A stretch of DNA of 64,000 bases, taken from NCBI RefSeq assembly GCF_008831285.2, contig NC_045138.2:7750001-7814000 (forward strand), given 5' to 3'. The stretch comes from Nymphaea colorata (Eukaryota). The position numbers and the translations under genes are program-made. Each line of letters opens with the position of its first letter. The first letter of the stretch is position 1. Below, piece after piece: positions 50,408 through 63,800 of the stretch. The notes beneath the pieces were generated by a model. The model was not told where the DNA came from. It ran no database searches and saw only the letters and a list, made by a program, of their open reading frames with translations.

Positions 50408-52693
50408 CTGTCATTGTCTGTCTAAGGACCTATTTGGATCATATACAAGTTATTTTCGCTATGCCAGATATCAATTGCATAATATTTTTCATAAACATAG
50501 ATACTGGCATCATGTAGTAAACATTGAGGAGATTCTATGAACCCCTTTTATTTCAATTTATCATACCCCTCCTCAATTTAGGGATTGTATGAAGACCATG
50601 TATGCTCTCAATTTTTCAAATCTATTTCTTATGAATGTATGCAATAGAGTCATCTATTTTGCATCTTCTCATGAGTTTTGAAAAACAAAACCTTACCTAC
50701 ATCATATTTTGGTCATTACGTTGTTGGGCTATTTCTAGGACATTAGTCCAAGATATAGCCTAGCAGCTGGACCACCCAATTGGACTGAGAAGTCTCTCCA
50801 TTAGTACCAAAACAGACAATAGTCTCGGTATATCAATGAGAGAACAAGGAGAATTGAAGAGCTCAAATCTAGAAAACCCTTGGAGTAGTCTATGTCAGTA
50901 TCATAGATTTGGTATATAGGCATACCTTGAATTTTGGATAAATCAAGAACAATTTACCCGTTTATTCTCCATAGGTTCCATGACCAATTTTTCAAAACAA
51001 TGCATATAGGCAAAAGTTTTAGGGAATGTATTATCAATTTTTCATTAATTGTTTGTTTGAATGCTTGAGATATGATACGTTGTCTCCAAACCCAATGTCA
51101 GTACTCTTCTCGAGTGACTATTAAAACAAGGAATTAGACAAGGGACCCGATGTCACCTTTATCTTTTTTTGGCGGCCATGGAAATATTATCCAGTCTTAT
51201 CAAACTCAGAACTAATAAGAATGACATCCAAGTTCCTCTTATTCCTCGCGGTCGCTGTCCAGGCTTCCTTTCTTTAGCTGATGATGTTCTTTTTTTTCGT
51301 AAAGCAGAAAGAAGGCCTGTTACAAATATAATGCTTGTTCTTGAGGCCATGGGAAGAACGTCAATGCTCAAAATGAATGCTCCAAATATTCTCCCCTCTT
51401 TGTTCTTAATGGTGACAGAACCATTGTGGATTCGTTAGCCTAATTAGCAGGGCCATTCACTACAATCTCTACCGCCTAATTATCTTGAACTTCCTTTATT
51501 TCAAGGAAATCTTAAGGTGGAATGGTGTGATGACCTCGTACACAAGGTTGATAGGAAGCTTGCAGGTTGGAGAGTTCCACCTATCTCTTATGCAGGTCGG
51601 AAGTGCTTACTTAAGCATGTCATTTCTCAGACCATTAGCTATTGGACCTGGTGTCTTTTGGCTCCCAACTGGTGGGATCCGAAGCCTAAATTCTCTCATG
51701 TCTAAATTCTTATGGGGCGTGCAAAATGAAATCAGAATATGGTGACCTGGAAAACTATCTGTATGCCTAATATTGAAGGTGGTGTGGGCCTTCTGAGGCC
51801 TCATTTTTCCGGCCTAATCTGGAAGAAGCTGTAAAATGGATAATTAATGAAGGTATTCTCTTTTGGCAAGATAAGTGAGGCTCAAGGCCATTAATTCACT
51901 GCCTCACTGCTGAGGAATACTGCCTGTTTGAGTCCTCTTTGAAACAAACTGTGAGGGAGGTCCTAGACTCTCATATAATTTTACCACCCAATTTCCATGC
52001 CTTGATGGATTGACTAGTCCTAGAGCGCCTTCAACTCTCTACTAGTCTGGACCTTCTGCTTCCTGATAGAAATGATGTTGGGAACATTAAGATATCTAAT
52101 GTTTTGGATTATTGTAGACGGATTGGGACAAAAGAGGACTGGAGGCAATGGGTTTGGGTGTCTAAGGCTCACCCAAGGAGCAGTTGATTTGTCTTCATGG
52201 TCACTGCTGGGAAATTGTCTACTCAAGATCAACTTAAAAAGAGAGGCATTGCTCTAGCAAACGGGTGTGAGCTCTGCATGAGGGAAGAAGAGACGGTGAA
52301 GCATTTAATGATCAAATGCACCATGCTCTGTTGAGTTCACTGTTTTTCTTAAAACAATAGGGATATTGTTGCTCGTGTATTTGGCTTCCTTTCTTGATAT
52401 ATAGAAAGTCTCTCTTGCCCGTGGTTTTTTACCCCATTATTGGGGGTTTTTCCACATAAATTGGTCTCCTATTTTTCTGCATTGTCTAGCATATATTTTG
52501 AAGTATATTGCTGCAATATTGATGTTGGAAACTCGTTCTTATGCTCGCTGCCCTGTGATTCCGTTTTTAGCAGTTTTGTGGTGGTTTGCCCTCTTTTATT
52601 GTTGTTGAGCATTCTTTTGGGGGACACAACTATAACAAAGTGGTATCAAAGCCAGGTTAGTGCCAGGTTGGTTGTGTGAATTCTTATTGAAGG

Positions 52694-55600
52694 ATGGAGT
52701 CGACCCCCACTAGGATGGTCTCTTTAAATGGGAACAATTGGACTATATGGAAAGCGAAAATGAAAGATTTGCTGTATTGTAAAGACTTATATGCACCCAT
52801 TGAGAACCAGAAGCCAGCGAATATGACAGATGAAAAATGGAAGTTATTGGATGGGAAAACCATTGGCACCATCAGACAATGGTTAGATGACTGTGTTTTT
52901 CATTTGGTATCCGCAGAGACGAGCGCGAAGTCGTTATGGCAGAAGTTACATGATCTTTATGAGAGGAAAACAGCTGGGAACAAGGCTTTCTTGATTATGC
53001 AATTGGTAAATCTGAAACTTAGAGAGGAAAAACCAGTGTCAGAGCATTTGAATGAAGTGTAGAGCATAATCAATCAGTCAGCCATGAAAATGATATTAGA
53101 TGATGAGTTACAGGCAATGTCACCTGGGTGCGTTTCCCAGAAGCTCGCACCCGCACCGGGTGCGTTGTGGGTGCGGGTGCGGTGCGGGTGCGCTCCAGGT
53201 GCACACCCAAACCGCACCCGATGATGATGCGCACCCAAACCGCACTCAGGGGAGTTGGATCAAGTTTCGAGTTGAATCCAAATCCAAACCAAGTTTATTG
53301 CGTGTATGGTTTGGATCTGGATATGATTTCGGGATGAAATCAGATTAAAAATCCACAAAATCAAATCCCCATCGGCCGTTGCATCTAATTTAATACATCT
53401 ATAAATATATTATATGTTCTCTTTTCTCTTTCAAAAAAAACGATACAGGACTAAAGAATGGTGGTTTTCATAAAACGATCTGTTTGCCTTTTTTTCAAAC
53501 ATTTTTTTTTTTATTTTTTCCCATTATCATAAAAATGTATAATTTTAATTGTGTTATTCAATTTCTACGAAAAATTAATAATAATAATAATATTAATATT
53601 AATAAAATATCTTCACCGCACCGCCGCACCTAATATTTTTGAGATGTGCCGCACCGGCACCCGCACCCGCACCCGGCATTCAGGTGACATAGGTTACAGG
53701 CACTCTTGTTGCTTAGTTTAGTTGTTTCTTTGAGCAACTCCGCTCCAGATGGTGTGCTTACGATGAAGCATGTAACCAGCAGCATTCTAAATGAAGAAAC
53801 AAGGAGAAAGTCTCTTGGTACTGGTAGCTCGCAAGTATTAGTGATGGGAGACAGGGGTAGACAGAAGAACCGTAACAAATGGCAAGACAGATCAAAATCC
53901 AGGTCCAAATCAAGACCAAAGATGACAGGTAAATGTTTTCACTGTGGTATTCCAGGGCACAAGAAGATTGATTGCAGGAAATTAAAAGAAGAAAGAGAGC
54001 AGAAAAAGAAGACTCAAGAGAATGTGAAGCCAAAAGAATACACTGCAGTTGCTTCAGATGATGAGGTAGTGTTATTTTTATCTGAAGAAAATGATTATCT
54101 TACAGTTCAGAATGGTGATTCTACATGGATTTTAGATGCAGGGGCATCATATCATGCCACACCATGTAGAGAGTTATTCTTATCCTACAGAGCAGATGAT
54201 TTTGGAGTAGTTCACATGGGCAACAGTGACACTTCGAAGATTGTTGGGATAGGAGATGTTTGCATTCAGACGAGCACAGGATGCAAGTTGACTTTGAGAG
54301 ATGTGAGACATGTTCCAGACTTGAGAATGAATTTGATTTCTGCAGGAAGACTAAGTGAAGATGGATATTGTACTTCGTTTAGTCAGACAGGTTGAAAACT
54401 TACCAAGGGGGCACTAGTGTTGGCTAGAGGTGACAGATTTGGCTCTTTGTATGGGATGAAGTCTTGAATCAATAGTGTGGATGTCAATGCAGTTACTGGT
54501 GGTACTTCGTCAGATTTGTGGCATAAGAGGTTAGGTCACATGAGTCAAAGAGGAATCGACTTGCTCACCAAAAAGAATTTGTTACCAAAGGCAGATGGTG
54601 CACAGAGATCTCCATGTGATCATTGTTTGGTTGGTAAGTTGCATCGAGTTTCCTTTCAGAAAAAGCGCTCTTCAAAAACTAAACATGTATTATATTTAGT
54701 TTATTCAGATGTATGTGGACCTATAAATGTGACATCTAAAGGTGGAACATCCTATTTTGTTACATTTATTGATGATATATCTAGGAAGGTGTGGGCCTTT
54801 ACAATGAAAAGCAAAAGTGAAGTAAGTAGCATCTTCATGACTTTTCATGCAGCGGTTGAGCGCGAGACTGGTAAGAAGATGAAGAGACTGCGTACAGATA
54901 ATGGTGGTGAGTACATAGCATCTTCTTTACGAGAGTATTGTCTAAAGCATGGTATTAGACATGAAAAGACAGTTCCTTATACTCCACAGCATAATGGAGT
55001 TGCAAAAAGGATGAATAGAACAATAATTGAGAGAGTTGGAAGTTTGTTATCTAGCTCTAAGTTGCCTAAGTATTTTTGGGTAAAGGCAATACGTACTGCA
55101 GTTTATTTAATAAACAGGTCTCCTTCAGTGCCTCTAGATGGAGACATTCCACAGAGAGTTTGGTCAGGTGAAGAGGTTAAGTATGATCACCTTAGAGTTT
55201 TTGGTTGCAAAGCTTTTATGCATGTACCTAAAGAACATAGGACCAAACTAGATGATAAAGTTATTCCTCTGGTATTTCTTGGTTATGCAGATGACGAATT
55301 TGGTTACAGGTTATGGGATCCAAAGAATGACAAAATCTATAGGAGTCGTGATGTCTTCAGAGATGATCAGACGATTGAAGATGTCATGGGTGACACGAAG
55401 TCATGTGTGAATGCTAGTGGTGTTCATGAGCCAACCTATGTAGAACCTAAAGAACTTTCATCTGAGCATGGTGAGACTGATGAAGATGTAGAGGAAGAGG
55501 AAAGAGAGGCAGATGAGCAGTATACAGATGGCAGCTCTATGGAGACTCAAACTGATTATGAGCATGAGTTGGAGGGGGAGCTTCCTTCGCATTCAGAGCC

Positions 55601-57260
55601 AATTGAGGAGCAATTGGGAAGAGGTAAAAGAACACCTATACCATCTACTAGATATTCTACTGATGAATATATTATGTTTACAGATAGTGGAGAGTCAGAA
55701 TGCTATGCAGAGGTGCTAGATGATGTGCATAAAGATGAATGGATTAAAGCTATAAAGGATGAGATGAATTCTTTGTATAAGAATCACACTTTTGATTTGG
55801 TAGAGCTACCAAAATGTAAGAAAGTGTTGCAGAACAAGTGGGTCTACAAGCTTAAAAATGAAGGTCAAGGCAAGTTGAGATACAAAGTTCGGTTATTGGT
55901 GAAAGGTTTCAAGCAGGAAAGAGGTATTGATTTTGATGAAATGTTTTCTCCTGTTGTTAAAATGTCATCTATCAGGGTAATACTTGGTTTGGTGGCTTGT
56001 CTAGACTTGGAGTTGGAGCAGTTAGATGTAAAAACTATTTTTCTTCATAGAGATCTAGAGGAAGAAATCTACATGACACAACCAGAAGGTTTTGTGGTTG
56101 TCAAGAAGAAACACATGGTTTGTAAGTTGAAGAAGAGCTTGTATGGACTTAAAAAAGCACCTAGACAGTGGTACAAGAAATTTGATGCATTTATGATAAA
56201 TCAAAAGTATCGCAGGTCAGCCGTAGATCATTGTGTCTACATCAGAGAGTTCTCATCAGGTAGCTTCATTATCTTGTTGTTATATGTAGATGACATGCTT
56301 ATTGTTGGACAGGATTGTCAATTGATTAGCCAATTGAAGATCGATATGGGCTAGTTCTTTGATATGAAAGACTTGGGGCCAGCACAACAATTGTTAGGCA
56401 TGAGGATTGTTCGTGGTAGGAAGGCCAAGAAGTTGTGGTTATCACAAGAGAAATACATTGAGAAGGTGCTTAGCAAGTTCAACATGAAAGATGCTAAAAC
56501 TGTAAGTACACCTTTAGCAACACATTTTAAATTGGGAAATGAGCAATGTCCTTCTTCAACAGATGAGAAAGAAAGAATGAAGAATGTTCCATATGCCTCC
56601 GCAGTAGGAAGTCTCATGTATGCTATGGTTTGCACACGCCCAGACTTGGCTTATGCAGTTGGTGTAGTTAGCAGGTTCTTGTCAAATCCAGGTAAGAAGC
56701 ATTGGGCAGCAGTGAAGTGGATCCTAAGGTATCTGAAAAGTACTTCCACTTACTGTTTATGTTTTGGTGAATCTAATTCAGAGATACAAGGATTTGTTGA
56801 TGCAGACATGGTAGGTGATTTGAACTCTAAGAAGTCTCTTTCTAGTTATGTTTTTACTTTTGCAGGGGGAGCTGTATCATGGCAATCCAAGTTGCAGAAG
56901 TGTATTGCTCTTTCTACTACGGAGGCAGAATATATTGTAGCAACTGAAGTTTGTAAAGAGTTGTTGTGGATGAAGAGTTTTCTTCATGATATAGGCCTTA
57001 GTCAGAAGACCTATGTGTTGCATTGTGATAGCCAAAGCGCTATACACTTGGCGAAAAATTCAACGTTCTACTCAAAGACTAAGCACATTGATGTCAGATA
57101 TCATTGGATTCGTGATGTGCTTGAGCAGAAACTGATTCAGTTAGAAAAGATACAGACAGAGAAGAATCATGCAGATATGATGACAAAGTCTCTACCTAAA
57201 GAAAAGCATGACATGTGTAGAGACTTAGTTGGGATGACTGCCTTTAAGGCAGTGTATTAA
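52694..57260 (+). pseudogene. Tnt1-like gag-pol, disrupted by a few stops and a MITE
   Basis: LNGNNWTIWKAKMKDLLYCKDL (gag), CFHCGIPGHKKIDC (Zn knuckle), WILDAGASYH (PR), LWHKRLGH, YSDVCGP..RTDNGGEY (INT), QLDVKT..LLYVDDML (RT), LHCDSQSA..KHIDVRYHW (RH); in-frame stops at 53060, 54393 and 56352. Confidence 0.95.
53115..53692. mobile_element. hAT MITE (578 bp) inserted in the Copia gag
   Basis: Perfect 8-bp TSD GTTACAGG (53107..53114, 53693..53700); TIRs CAATGTCACCTG / CAGGTGACATAG; GCACCC/GCACCG subterminal repeats. Removing it restores gag DDELQALLLLS. Confidence 0.95.
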
Positions 57261-59127
57261 TTTTTTGTTCATTTTGCAGGTATGATCCCTCTCTTGAGGC
57301 TGGAGGGGGAGTTTGTTGGGTCGGGTCCAGCCTCAAAAGAGGACCCGACCCGGCCCGTCACTTAAGTGACGGGCGGGTGAAGGAGAGGGCACCGGATGGT
57401 GCCCCTCCCTACGCTTCACACCTCTCTCTCTCTCGTTAATTCATTTGGGGAAAAAGAAGAGGGTTTCCTCTTGTGGCTGCTCAAATCAAGAAAAGAGGAA
57501 GAAGAGGAAGGCAAGGAAGAGAAGAGGAGAAGCAAGGCGCGTGGGTCGATTGGCACGCCAAGAAGAAAGAGGAAAGACAAAGAAGAAAGAGAAAATGAAT
57601 GGAGTCTTCATTGGGTGATTTCTTTCTTGAATCTTTGGAGCTGTTTCTTTCATTCGCATAAGAGATTGTTATTGCTCTCTTGAGTTCATTGTTTTTCTTA
57701 AAACAGTAGAGATATTGTTGCTCGTGTATTTGGCTTCTTTTCTTGATATATCGAAAGTCTCTCTTGCCTGTGGTTTTTTACCCCATTATTGGGGGTTTTT
57801 CCACGTAAATTAGTCTCCTATTTTTCTGCATTGTTTAGCATATATTTTGAAGCATATTGCTGCAATAGTGATGTTGGAAACTCGTTCTTATGCTCGCTGC
57901 CCTGTGATTCCGTTTTTAACAGTTTTGTGGTGGTTTGCTCTCTTTTATTGTTGTTGAGCATTCTTTTGGGGGACACAACTATAACAGTTGTGGCATCTGG
58001 TTTCCATGGCCTCTGCGTAATGGAGTGCCTTTTCACAATAACAGACTCCGAAGGATAAGCTATTCAAGTAGGCTGGCACTTCTGTGAGGAAGATTTTCGT
58101 AATGCTCTCCGGCATAAAGAGAAAGAGTTCAAAGCATGCCATTTGGCTAAAAACTGGTATCATTGCTGGAGACTGGCCAAAGATAGAAGAACAATCAGCT
58201 TGTATCCAAATAGTCTCTATTAAACGTAATGGCACCGCTTTCCTGTGTGCTGGCAGCAGATTCAAGTCGACCTCCTGCGTTCACCTGAGTTCCGGCCAGT
58301 CTTGGACAAGAGACTTGTCCCATGCATTTGAAGGTCTCAATGAAGCCTTAGGAAGAATTTATCCTGTAATCCCGCTGAAAGTCATTGTCGTCTCCAATCA
58401 ATTTTCTTGGCTCCAACTCTTGACTGAGCAGCAGGGAAGGAAGCCTTTTATCCAATGGTTTGGTTGGATCCCATTTTACGTAGTGATAATTTCTGTTTCT
58501 CATTGCTCCCCTGCTCTTGATGTTGTTGACACATTGTTCTCTTCGCTGTAGACTTATTGTCTTCAGCTCATTCTTATAAACATTTCTTGTAAATCTTTCC
58601 TTTAATAAATTGATGGAGGCATAAACTCCGCCTGGATTGTTGCGGAGAAACACCTTGTAATTTAAAACGGTGATATTGCTGAAAATCACAAGTATTCACA
58701 ATTCAGAACATGTCATGATTTAACGAGTGATTGTTAGAAACCAGACCAATAGATGGGGAACAAAAACCAGACCCGTTAAATATGACATTTAAAGTGCGTT
58801 TTTTTCTTTTGAAATTTAAGTTTACCAATATGATCTTAAGGATAGGTTGATGCAAAATATATATTAAGTTGATCATTTTTGAGGTTTTAATAAATAACCA
58901 TAAACCAGTGGCTCCCATAACATCAATATTTTTTAAATAAAAAAATCAACATTTTTCATAAAAACAACTTGATTCAAAGCATGTTTTATATCAAAATAGT
59001 TTTTATAAATATATAGGATGTTCATGTTTCATCTAAAATAATTTTTTAGCAAAAATTTGAAGGGTCAATTTCTCTGATTTAACTATAACCCCTTTTCATT
59101 TAAGTTGACCTTGTGTGCTTAATACTT

Positions 59128-59444
59128 TAGGGATATCGGTAGGTCAATCACGAAATTTGATTACTAATCCAGAAACGAATCCATTTAGCCAGATCTAATA
59201 AAAAAAAATGGATAAAAAATTCTATTCAGATTCAAATTTGGTATATGGTTCAAGTATTTGACTTCTAATTCATCTTAGAAACGTGGTAATGGCCTTTATG
59301 TGTAAAGGTCGGATATTGCACCTGTTGGATTTGGATATGGTTTCAAAAATTTATGTCTAACTTTAAATCTGATCATAGATGTTCCGATTAAATTGAATCT
59401 GCCAAATTTTGAATCCAACACATGTTTGAAACTTGAAACCTCTA
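59128..59444. mobile_element. Degenerate hAT MITE related to family B
   Basis: TAGGGATATC start, TTGAAACCTCTA end and GGAT/ATCC repeats; no TSD confirmed. Confidence 0.45.
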
Positions 59445-60272
59445 TTTCCTCGGTCAAAGGAAAAATTAGCAAAGTGACAACCCAATTTGAAACTATAATA
59501 AAAGGTTGGCCCTTAATAAGAATTTCCCAAAAGTGCCACTTTTGCTATTTAGGAGTTTTGTTAGTGTGGAAGCCTCTCTTTTTGTTCTTGTCCTTGGGGT
59601 CTAGAGCTGTTTTTGGACTTGGTTGGGGAATGAGACACCCATCAGTTAGAATGTCACTCATCCTTCATTGTAGTCTTCTTATAGAGGAGAATTTGGCTGA
59701 CAACGGAATTTTAACCAATCTACCAGTTCAACCAACTAAGCTACGTCACTCAAAGCAATCTTTTTTTTTTATTTGTGTATTTGAAAACAAGAGGGCATTG
59801 TATGGGCCATGTCGAACTCAGACTAAAATATCAAGTACTCAGACTAAAATATCAAGTAAAAAATATGACGGTTAAAAAAAAAAGTAATATGACATAACCA
59901 GAGACTAAAAAGTTAAAGATGTACCTTCTTTCAATTTTCTATTGTCGATTTGGTTAAGGGTTTTTAAAATATATAATATAAACTTATCCAAGATTGGAGC
60001 TAAATTTTCCGAATAACGATGGTAGAAAAGTAAAGTGATCATTATCTTTTACTTGTCCTTTAGCCCTTTTGTTTTTAATTAACAAAACTACTTGTTATAT
60101 TAAGCTCATACTAGGCCTTTTGTTCAGCTCAACTTAGCCATAAAGGAAATTGTATTACAACCCTATTAAACTTATTATTTTTTTGATATCCTTTAGTTCC
60201 AGGTATCTTAGATTTCCTATTGATAAAAAGGAAAAACTTGTGACTTAAGTTTGAAACTTTTGCACATAAATC

Positions 60273-60424
60273 CAGGCAGAGCCAGAAAATTTTGGTTAAG
60301 AGGTATTAAGAAGGACCTTCCGGCAAATGAGAAAAATTATCCTGAAGTATTAACTTAAAGATAAGCATTTTTTGGTCAGTGTGGGCAATTTCCCATGCAA
60401 TGTCCACATCTGCTTCCTCCCCTG
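60273..60424. mobile_element. hAT MITE family D with TSD
   Basis: CAGGCAGAGCC...GCTTCCTCCCCTG; 8-bp TSD CATAAATC / CATAAAAC (7/8). Confidence 0.75.
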
Positions 60425-60824
60425 CATAAAACTGACTGGATGCATAACTTATAGAAACTTTGTGTACGTGATGTCTCTCAGGCAAAAATACACTTCTGCT
60501 ATTAGGTAAAATGATAATGAAACACCTATGTTATACTGTAATATAAACACCATTTACATAAACGAAATTTAAAAGGAAAAAAAAAATCATTACATCCATC
60601 TGTAATAGAATGAACAAACGAAAAAGCCTTTGCACATGCCCGTTTTATTTTTATATGATACAATTTAGACATTTGAGAAAGATTTGTGTTCTTAAAAACA
60701 TCTACATCCGTAAATGTGAAGTTTTTTCTAATGAAAATTTTCTTTGTTGGAATCATCTACAGTAACTTTTAGACAAAAGTTTAATGCATTTTTGCTTGTT
60801 ATGTATCCTGATATAAACATCCTT

Positions 60825-63800
60825 GTGCTTTAATTGGGGATTTCAACACCATGAAGGGCCCAGCAGACGTGGTCGTGCCCCTAATGCATGATCTTATAAA
60901 GATTTTATCAAATCTCTTAGTAATGGCCGTCCGAAAATTATAATGATCCAGATGTTCATACACTTGGTCTAATAACAGATTGGAAGAGGAAAATGTTAGA
61001 TGCCGACTTAACTGGCGATTGTTAATACTATAGTCCCATAGAACGCGTTTTTTTTTTTTTTGAGAAAAACGTGAAAAATTAAATAGCTAGTTAAAACTTA
61101 AGAAAAACGAGTTTTTGTTTTAAAACATTAAAAACGACTTTTTTTTCGGTTTTTTAAATGTTAAACAGTTTTTTCTTCATTTTCTATTTGCAAATCTACT
61201 TGATATTTGTGTTATTAGTTTTTCACTTACCCCTATTTTTAGTTTTTTAAAATTTTTAAAAGTTTACCATATTTTTTCTTTTGTTTTTTCAAGTTAGTCG
61301 TATTATACCCAAGAAAAACCTCACCATTTAAAACTAACTCCGACACTTTATTTGATCTATGGTTAATACTATGTGGTGGCATAATGTGAACATGAAGTTT
61401 TCATTTAGAGTTCTCTTCCCAAAGACAATATCTGATCACCGTGCCCTTCTCTTAAATATTAATGAGAGGTTTTCTAGCGGTGGTGGTAAATCTCTATTTA
61501 GATTTTTGAGCTGCTGGATGATGACGGATGAGCATGAACAGATATTAAAGATTGTTGGGCAGCTTCGGCCTATGGTTGTAGCATGATCAGAGTTACAAAA
61601 AAGTTGGAATATGTTCCCCGTTCTCTCTCATGGTGGAACTCTAATATTTTTTTGGAAAATCCCATTCAAATTTCTGCTTTAAAGTATGAGTTGGAAAACT
61701 TTCAAGCTACAATGAATCGCTAGGTTTGTAGGACACCAATTAGGAGCCTGCTTGAAGGAAGGCGCCGGACAGATGCTTGCATGAGGAAGAATTGGTTTGG
61801 AAACAAAAGTCCAGGGCACGGTGGCTTCTTGAAGGTGACAACAACACAGCATTTTTTTAAAGTCACTGAAAAATCAGTTTCAAAAAGAAAATATCTACGT
61901 GGGAAATTCATGGCAGGAAGTTGGAAGACCCTTGGCAAATTTCTGCGGGATGTAGGGATTATTTTGTTGAATTATTTTCAGGCAAGTAAAGTTTTCTGTG
62001 CAAAACAGAAGATTTTTCAGGGCCCAAGAGTCACTGATGAAGAAGATAGAGCCCTTATGCTTCTTGTGCAACCACAAGAGGTGTGGAAAGCCCTTTTTAA
62101 TATGGCCAATGGAAAAGCTCCAAGCCCGGATGGATTTGGAGCATATTTTTATAAAAATTATACTGCACATATTGGGTTGGGATATCTCCAAAGCAGTTAT
62201 GGATTGTTTTTATGTCGGGTAAATTGATGCAAAAGGTGAATAGAAGGCTTATATCTCTTATTCCAAAATTTCAAGGAGCTGTGAATATAAAGGACTATCG
62301 CCCAATACCCTTTGTAATGTCATTTATAAGGTCATTACTAAGATAATGGTTATGCGAATGAAGTGTATCTTGATGAAGCTTATTGGTGAGGAACTGTGCT
62401 TTTGTTCTGGTAAGAGTCATTCAAAGCCAAGTGTTACTAGTTCTAATTCATGATTTAATGAATAGCATGAAAAATCAAAGGCAAAACAATGATGAAATTA
62501 GACATTACCAAAGCGTATGATAAAGTCGAATGGAGCTTTTTGGAACATGCTCTTGAATCTAAGCTTTTTGTAGGCATTGAATTGATACAATAATGAGGTG
62601 TGCAACTTCTCCTTCGTTTGCAGCCCTTGTCAATGGAAAAGAGGTGAATTCTTTGAATGTCAAAGTGGAATTCAACAATTAGGGAGATAAATTAGGTAGA
62701 TCATATTTCCCTTTTGGGTTCTTGTTTGTCAATGAATTGTTCTCAAAAAGATTGAAATTTGAAGCTCAAAGAAGAAGGATTTATGTCCCTCGTGTTTTTG
62801 TTGATGATGTGATAATTTATTCAAGGGCTAAGAAATTTTTTTTGGAATGTATTAAATCCATAGAAATCAATATTTGTCCCCTTTCATATAGCACATGAAG
62901 AGTGTAATGACATAGCAGCTCTTATGGGTTGTAATGTCTTGAAGCTCCCACTTACATGAGACTTCCCCTCTTTACAGGGAAATTAAAAGTCAAATACTGC
63001 TAAAGGGCTAAAAGATAAGGTCGTAAAGATCAATGTTGATTAAATATATTTTGCACCAAATAGTGGGTTATTGGATGATGAGCTTTAAGCTTTCAAACCC
63101 AGTAATTTCTTACATTGAAAAAGAAGGTTGTTAAGTTCTTTTGGGCAGAGGAAAAAAAGCATAGAAGATTTCGTCTGTTGAGTTAGTCCCAGCTTTGCCT
63201 TCTTGTGGAAGAGGGGGGATTAGACTTAAAAACTTAACATCTAGAGTCATGAATGGATCTTGCATGATCTACTTGGATATTCGGGTTTTACTTTCAAATT
63301 CTGTTTGGGCCAAATTTATGAAATAGAATTATCTTTCTCGTGGTGGTATTTGGACTTGTAAACATAGTCCAAGAATGTCATGCGGATGGAGTGGCATTTT
63401 ATGGGGATGGGAGGAAGTGAAACATTTGATACATTGGAAGATTGGTAATGATAGAAGAGTTAAATTGTCGGTAGACAATTGGGGTGGCAAATTTGGTCTT
63501 TTTTGTTAATAATTATAACCATGATTTACTTCATAGATACTTTGGTCAGACGATGCATATAGCTATTAAGGAATTCATAATTAATCATGTAGTGTTTAAA
63601 GCATCCCAATGAGTCACCGATGTGGCCAGACATATCAATCTGAATGAAGAGGAAGATAAGTTGTGGTGGGGCAATGAGGAGGTTGCATCTTTGAGTAGGA
63701 GATATATCTATGAGATGGTGAGGGTTAAGGGCATTTTCTTGGAGAATTGCAAAATGGAGTAATGTTGTTGTGTCACATGCCTCATGGAATCTTTCTTTTT

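Larger units (their letters stand above)
45900..50900 (+). pseudogene. Highly decayed Ty3/Gypsy integrase remnant split by the large LTR (about 45900..46221 and 50410..50900)
   Basis: Weak motif echoes: FVIQDRILF..LIMKA and AHGM before the LTR; CMKTMYALNFSNLFLMNV, TSYFWSL and TDNSLGISMR after it, resembling CHKTDDASHIANLFF / SHFWRTL / VNRSLGNLLR. Confidence 0.45.
52334..57986 (+). mobile_element. Ty1/Copia LTR retrotransposon (Tork/Tnt1-like) with truncated 5' LTR
   Basis: 3' LTR 57314..57986 (673 bp, TG...CA). The 5' LTR remnant 52334..52637 matches its last 304 bp. PBS TGGTATCAAAGCCA at 52641; PPT GAGGCTGGAGGGGGAG just before 57314. Confidence 0.96.
51080..58632 (+). pseudogene. Decayed 5'-truncated L1-type LINE (about 51080..52333 plus 57987..58632) interrupted by a Copia
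   Basis: KQGIRQG-PMSP, FLSLADDVLFF, KVDRKLAGWRVPPISYAGRKCLLKHV and zf-RVT CELCMREEETVKHLMIKC, continuing after the Copia; AATAAA at 58604. Confidence 0.88.

Noticed and set aside
59393..59875. 160-aa ORF
   Set aside because: Non-ATG start, overlaps a MITE end and has no recognisable domain
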